Sequence record: SRR22947727_339
DNA: 43,292 nucleotides
Reading direction: 5' to 3' (one strand)
In this document: positions 39,800-43,292 of the stretch, in pieces
Layout of the letters: each line of letters opens with the position of its first letter
Numbering within the stretch: position 1 is the stretch's first letter
Made by a program: the position numbers and the translations under genes
The notes under the pieces: generated by a model
Told to the model about the DNA's origin: nothing
Databases searched by the model: none
What the model saw: the letters and a program-made list of their open reading frames with translations, nothing else

Positions 39800-40510
39800 T
39801 TAAAAGTCCCAACCAACATTAAAGTTAAATTTCATTTCTTGAAGAATTTTTGCATCAAGACCTCGTCGCAACACCTGTAACTTATTCTTTGGAGCTACTT
39901 CAGCTTCAGGGCAGGTCCACCAAATAGGGTGGGTTAAGAATTGCAATGCAAAGCCAGATTTTACACTGTGGTGATCTAAAGGATGACCATAATGCCATTC
40001 CCCCCTTGAATCTGATACATATCCAATATCATGTATAAATCTATTCTCATATGTATGGGAGAAACCATCAAACCTGTAATCCTTAAAGTTAAACTCTGCG
40101 GCATTAGCCGTTGGGCGATGAAAACTTATTAGTTTGACCTTTTGGCCTGTTATATTTTGCAATATAAGGGCTTCATGTTTGGCCTTTTGTTGTAAATCGA
40201 CATTTGCCTCTATCTCTAAATGCACTGCTATTTCATGACCCATTTCTACCATTTCTCTTAAGCGTTTTACATTGAGTGGATCAAGTGTATTATAAAACGG
40301 TGAGCTAAGAAGTATAAAAAAAACCGAAGACCAGCCAAAATTATTCTCAATTTTTGCTATTTCATAGGCCCGCTCAATGCTGACATCAACGTCATGGCGT
40401 AATAACAAATGACTTTTAAGTTTAGAAAAGTTATGAAACGAACGTGCTTCATACCCAATTTTCTTAAATTTCTTCAATATAGCGAGATATTCTTCAGTAA
40501 TTGGGTACAT
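39800..40510 (-). CDS. WbmS-like polysaccharide-deacetylase-fold protein
   Basis: 'LLRHDVD', 'GHEIAVH', 'SFHRP', 'YVSDSRGEW', 'QFLTHPIWW'. Confidence 0.75.
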   Translation of the reverse strand: MYPITEEYLAILKKFKKIGYEARSFHNFSKLKSHLLLRHDVDVSIERAYEIAKIENNFGWSSVFFILLSSPFYNTLDPLNVKRLREMVEMGHEIAVHLEIEANVDLQQKAKHEALILQNITGQKVKLISFHRPTANAAEFNFKDYRFDGFSHTYENRFIHDIGYVSDSRGEWHYGHPLDHHSVKSGFALQFLTHPIWWTCPEAEVAPKNKLQVLRRGLDAKILQEMKFNFNVGWDF

Positions 40511-40734
40511 TATTTATCTTTGTTATTAAATTATTCTAATGAGTGTATAATCAACAATTGCACATAAATCAGATATAATCCAACCGTTTGAACAAAAAGA
40601 TTATGTTGTTCTCTAGAAAATATAATAAATAATTAAATAAAATAATAAAGAGTACAAAGGTAAATTTTATATAGTTTAAACAGACTTTAAAGATTAATTT
40701 AAATCAATAAAATAACCACTGGAGCAAGACAGAA

Positions 40735-40977
40735 TTATACTTTCTTTGGTAAACCCAGAGCCCTCTGGCTCTTAGCTATACGCTCTTTAACTTCTAAAAT
40801 CTGAGCTCTCAATTCAAGTATCTCTAATTGAGATGAAAGCGCTTTAATTTTTTCTAACTTGGTATTTTCTGTATCGTTTTCTGTATCGTTTTCTGTTACA
40901 TTTTCTGATTTAACATCTACCACAGGAACAACTTCAGTTTTTAAATCAGCTTCATTTATCTTTTCTTTGGCGGCCAT
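40735..40977 (-). CDS. Small hypothetical protein, acidic N-terminus plus coiled-coil C-terminus
   Basis: 80-aa ORF with a strong AAGGAG RBS; heptad-like 'LEKIKALSSQLEILELRAQILEVKERI'. Confidence 0.7.
   Translation of the reverse strand: MAAKEKINEADLKTEVVPVVDVKSENVTENDTENDTENTKLEKIKALSSQLEILELRAQILEVKERIAKSQRALGLPKKV
40865..40912. repeat. 12-bp tandem repeat, 2 perfect plus 2 degenerate units, encoding SENV-TEND-TEND-TEN
   Basis: TTTTCTGTATCG TTTTCTGTATCG TTTTCTGTTACA TTTTCTGATTTA. Confidence 0.85.
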
Positions 40978-41142
40978 TAATCTCGCTCCTTTTGATGTTT
41001 TACGCGTTCAGGGACTACTTTCTTAGACTTATTGAATTATAGCAAATGACAATATTATAGCAATAATATTTTTATATTTATATCATAATAAATAATTTAC
41101 CCAAATAGGTAGTAATCAAAAAAAAATTGAATTTCACAATAT

Positions 41143-42267
41143 TTAAGAAAGAAATGAAATTGCGGTTTCGATAATCATTGCCTGAGTATGCTGATCTAAA
41201 TAAGGATGCATCGGCAAACTAATTATATTATGAATGCAAGACTCAGTGTTTTTCAGACTACTACCTTGAATAGGGAAATCCATATAAGCTGATTGATGGT
41301 GTACAGGTTTTGGGTAATAACGCGCAGTCGGAATACCTTTGCTTTTTAATTTATTTGCAAAGCTCAAAGGGTCAGAAACTTCGATAGTAAACTGTGCCCA
41401 TGTCGAAACAACACCATCGCGCACGGTGGGCACACGAAGAGCATAATTCCCTAAACTATCAATGTAATTAGAAGCAATAACATTTCGTTTTTCAATTTCA
41501 TCATTAAATATTGCAAGCTTAGGAAGAAGAATTGCAGCTTGAATTGTGTCTAGACGTGAATTAACCCCAATACGAATATTGTCATACTTATCAGTTCCTT
41601 TTCCATGCACCCGTAATGATTTTAAGACTTCTGCCATTTTATTATCATTTGTCAAAATGGCACCACCATCACCATAACAACCAAGCGGTTTTGCTGGAAA
41701 GAAACTAGTTGTGGTGGCATCTGCCCAATATATAGGGTGATTGCCATTTAGTGTAGTCCCAAAACCTTGAGCTGAATCTGCTAATAGTTTTAATTTTTCA
41801 GTCTTAGCAATTTCTGATAATGCAATATAATCAGCGCTTTGACCAAATAAATCTACAGCAATAATAGCTCGTGGTATTAGTTCACCTGCAGTCTTAACCT
41901 CATTGATCGCATTAATAAGACTTGTAGAATCAATATTATAAGTAGCTCGATCAATATCAATAAAAATCGGTGTCGCTCCGACATTTACTATACTCTCAGC
42001 AGTTGCACAGTATGTGAAAGAAGGACAAAAAACAGCATCGCCCGGACCAATTCCCCAAGACAATAAGGCAATATGCAAAGCGTCTGTTCCGTTTGCACAA
42101 CTTATAGCATGTTTTGCATTACCAAAATTTGCAAGCTCTGATTCAAACTGCTTAACTTCTGGTCCCATTATAAAGCCACCATGCTCTAAAACATTTTGTA
42201 TACCCTTATTAATCTCATTTTTAATTCGTTTTCGTTGTGCCTGTAAGTCTATAAATTGAATAGTCAT
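41143..42267 (-). CDS. DegT/DnrJ/EryC1/StrS sugar aminotransferase (WbpE/WlbC/GnnB-like)
   Basis: 'IQFIDLQAQ', 'CANGTDAL', 'VDLFGQ', 'DSAQGFG', PLP-Lys motif 'SFFPAKPLGCYGDGG', 'NSRLDTIQAA', 'SLPMHPYL'; start MTIQF at 42267. Confidence 0.93.
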   Translation of the reverse strand: MTIQFIDLQAQRKRIKNEINKGIQNVLEHGGFIMGPEVKQFESELANFGNAKHAISCANGTDALHIALLSWGIGPGDAVFCPSFTYCATAESIVNVGATPIFIDIDRATYNIDSTSLINAINEVKTAGELIPRAIIAVDLFGQSADYIALSEIAKTEKLKLLADSAQGFGTTLNGNHPIYWADATTTSFFPAKPLGCYGDGGAILTNDNKMAEVLKSLRVHGKGTDKYDNIRIGVNSRLDTIQAAILLPKLAIFNDEIEKRNVIASNYIDSLGNYALRVPTVRDGVVSTWAQFTIEVSDPLSFANKLKSKGIPTARYYPKPVHHQSAYMDFPIQGSSLKNTESCIHNIISLPMHPYLDQHTQAMIIETAISFLS

Positions 42268-42280
42268 GTCTATCTTTCTT

Positions 42281-43240
42281 CTAAGCAGATGGTAAGTTAG
42301 GAGCTTCAAGAACGCGTAAAACACGCAATCCCTCTTCCGCATCAGTAATAGGAGTGGTCCCGTTTTTTATACAATTTAAAAAATGTTGGCACTCTAACTT
42401 TAAAGGCTCTCCCATGGGAACATTTATATATTCTACATCCCTCTTTATCGGCTCAGGTATAGAATTACTATTATCAATGTCATGACGGTATAATGCTAGT
42501 TTCTGCTCCCAATTAGCCGTATCATCAAACACAGCCATTGCTTTTTCGCCGACAAGGACAAGTCGTTGCTCTTTAAAAGGATGGAGCCATGATGTAAAAA
42601 TATGAGCTCGACCACCACGCGGAAAGATAAGGTCAAGGCGCGCCTCATCAACAATACCCTTAGTTATAAAATCAAGACCTTTACCATGTATCGTAGATGG
42701 TGACTCGCCAAACAAGGATAAAATCATCGATAAATCATGAGGCGCCAATGACCAAAAGGCATCTTCTTCTATCCTAAATTTTCCCATACTCAAACGATTT
42801 GAGTATGCATAGCGTAATTTACCAAAATCGCCCGCTTTAACCATCTTAAGCAATTCAACAAATACAGGATGATACTGAAGCAGGTGTCCAACCATCAAAG
42901 TAACATTAGCTGACTTTGCAGCATCACGCATAGCCTCACCGTCAGCGACAGAAAGCGCCAGAGGCTTTTCAACATAAATATGTTTTCCGGCAGATATTCC
43001 CTCAAGAGCAAGCTTTTTATGAAGTTCTGCAGGCGCTGCAATTACAATCCCTGAAACCTCTTCATCCGCCAAAACCTCAGACATTTTCATAGCACATACA
43101 TTATATTCTTTTGCATGCACCATTGCTATTTTAGGGTTGGGGTCAACAATAGATTTTAATGCATCAAGCTCTGCAAAATTCCTTGCAAGGTTTTTACCCC
43201 AATACCCACAACCTACTACAGCCACTTTTATACTTTTCAT
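42281..43240 (-). CDS. Gfo/Idh/MocA nucleotide-sugar 3-dehydrogenase (WbpB/WlbA/GnnA-like)
   Basis: 'VGCGYWGKNLARNF', 'VEKPLA', 'MVGHLLQYHP', 'WSLAPHD', 'SWLHPFKE', 'EPLKLECQHF'. Confidence 0.9.
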   Translation of the reverse strand: MKSIKVAVVGCGYWGKNLARNFAELDALKSIVDPNPKIAMVHAKEYNVCAMKMSEVLADEEVSGIVIAAPAELHKKLALEGISAGKHIYVEKPLALSVADGEAMRDAAKSANVTLMVGHLLQYHPVFVELLKMVKAGDFGKLRYAYSNRLSMGKFRIEEDAFWSLAPHDLSMILSLFGESPSTIHGKGLDFITKGIVDEARLDLIFPRGGRAHIFTSWLHPFKEQRLVLVGEKAMAVFDDTANWEQKLALYRHDIDNSNSIPEPIKRDVEYINVPMGEPLKLECQHFLNCIKNGTTPITDAEEGLRVLRVLEAPNLPSA

Positions 43241-43292
43241 ATTTTTACTGCAGTAGGACTGTCCTCTTTGATAATATAATAAGATGCATACC

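Noticed and set aside
24879-40510. Nod-factor-like cluster (ACP, ketosynthase, deacetylase, nodPQ-like cysD/cysNC)
   Set aside because: No NodA, NodC or NodH sulfotransferase, and the APS-kinase motifs are degenerate; the resemblance is only an analogy.
40865-40912. CRISPR-like repeat
   Set aside because: 12-bp contiguous units with no spacers, in frame within a CDS; no cas genes.
685-42259. Many short antisense or nested ORFs in the track (e.g. 685-990, 4388-4717, 13643-14071, 31551-31904, 42014-42259)
   Set aside because: They lie within well-supported genes, show no family motifs and look like shadow ORFs.
42268-42342. N-terminal extension of the DegT aminotransferase
   Set aside because: Overlaps the upstream gene; family similarity starts at MTIQFIDL (42267).

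Overview
AT-rich bacterial DNA with alphaproteobacterial gene order (helicase-S4-fdxA-carD; 2-hydroxyacid dehydrogenase/SH3; DUF1489-mgtE; gspCD). A marine Caulobacterales/Maricaulales-like origin is plausible but is inference only. Bases 1-24.8 kb are mostly housekeeping and envelope genes: an S41 lipoprotein peptidase, panC, a TonB-dependent receptor with strong codon bias, mgtE, a type II secretion locus reduced to gspC-gspD-gspN plus an A24 peptidase, a lipoprotein amidase, a DUF1800/DUF1501 pair, folD, and a DUF547/VTT/flavin-disulfide reductase triad. From 24.9 kb to the window end lies an ~18 kb surface-glycan locus, the most interesting part of the window. It combines four modules: (i) WbpA/WbpB/WbpE-like diamino-uronate sugar enzymes; (ii) a private acylation module (ACP, KAS III, diverged LpxD-like acyltransferase) plus a WbmS-like deacetylase; (iii) two GT4 glycosyltransferases and an ABC-membrane-like protein with no recognisable ATPase; (iv) an embedded sulfur module. 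In that module CysB heads an operon with a UDP-sulfoquinovose-synthase-like enzyme and a GT, divergent from an Fe-S APS reductase (cysH), cysD and a cysNC whose APS-kinase domain looks catalytically degenerate; no sulfite reductase or sulfotransferase is in the window. Hypothesis: a dedicated sulfate->APS->sulfite supply for a sulfonated, N-acylated surface glycan or glycolipid. No RNA genes, CRISPR arrays or mobile elements were recognised. All family assignments come from motif recognition by eye; no database searches were run.
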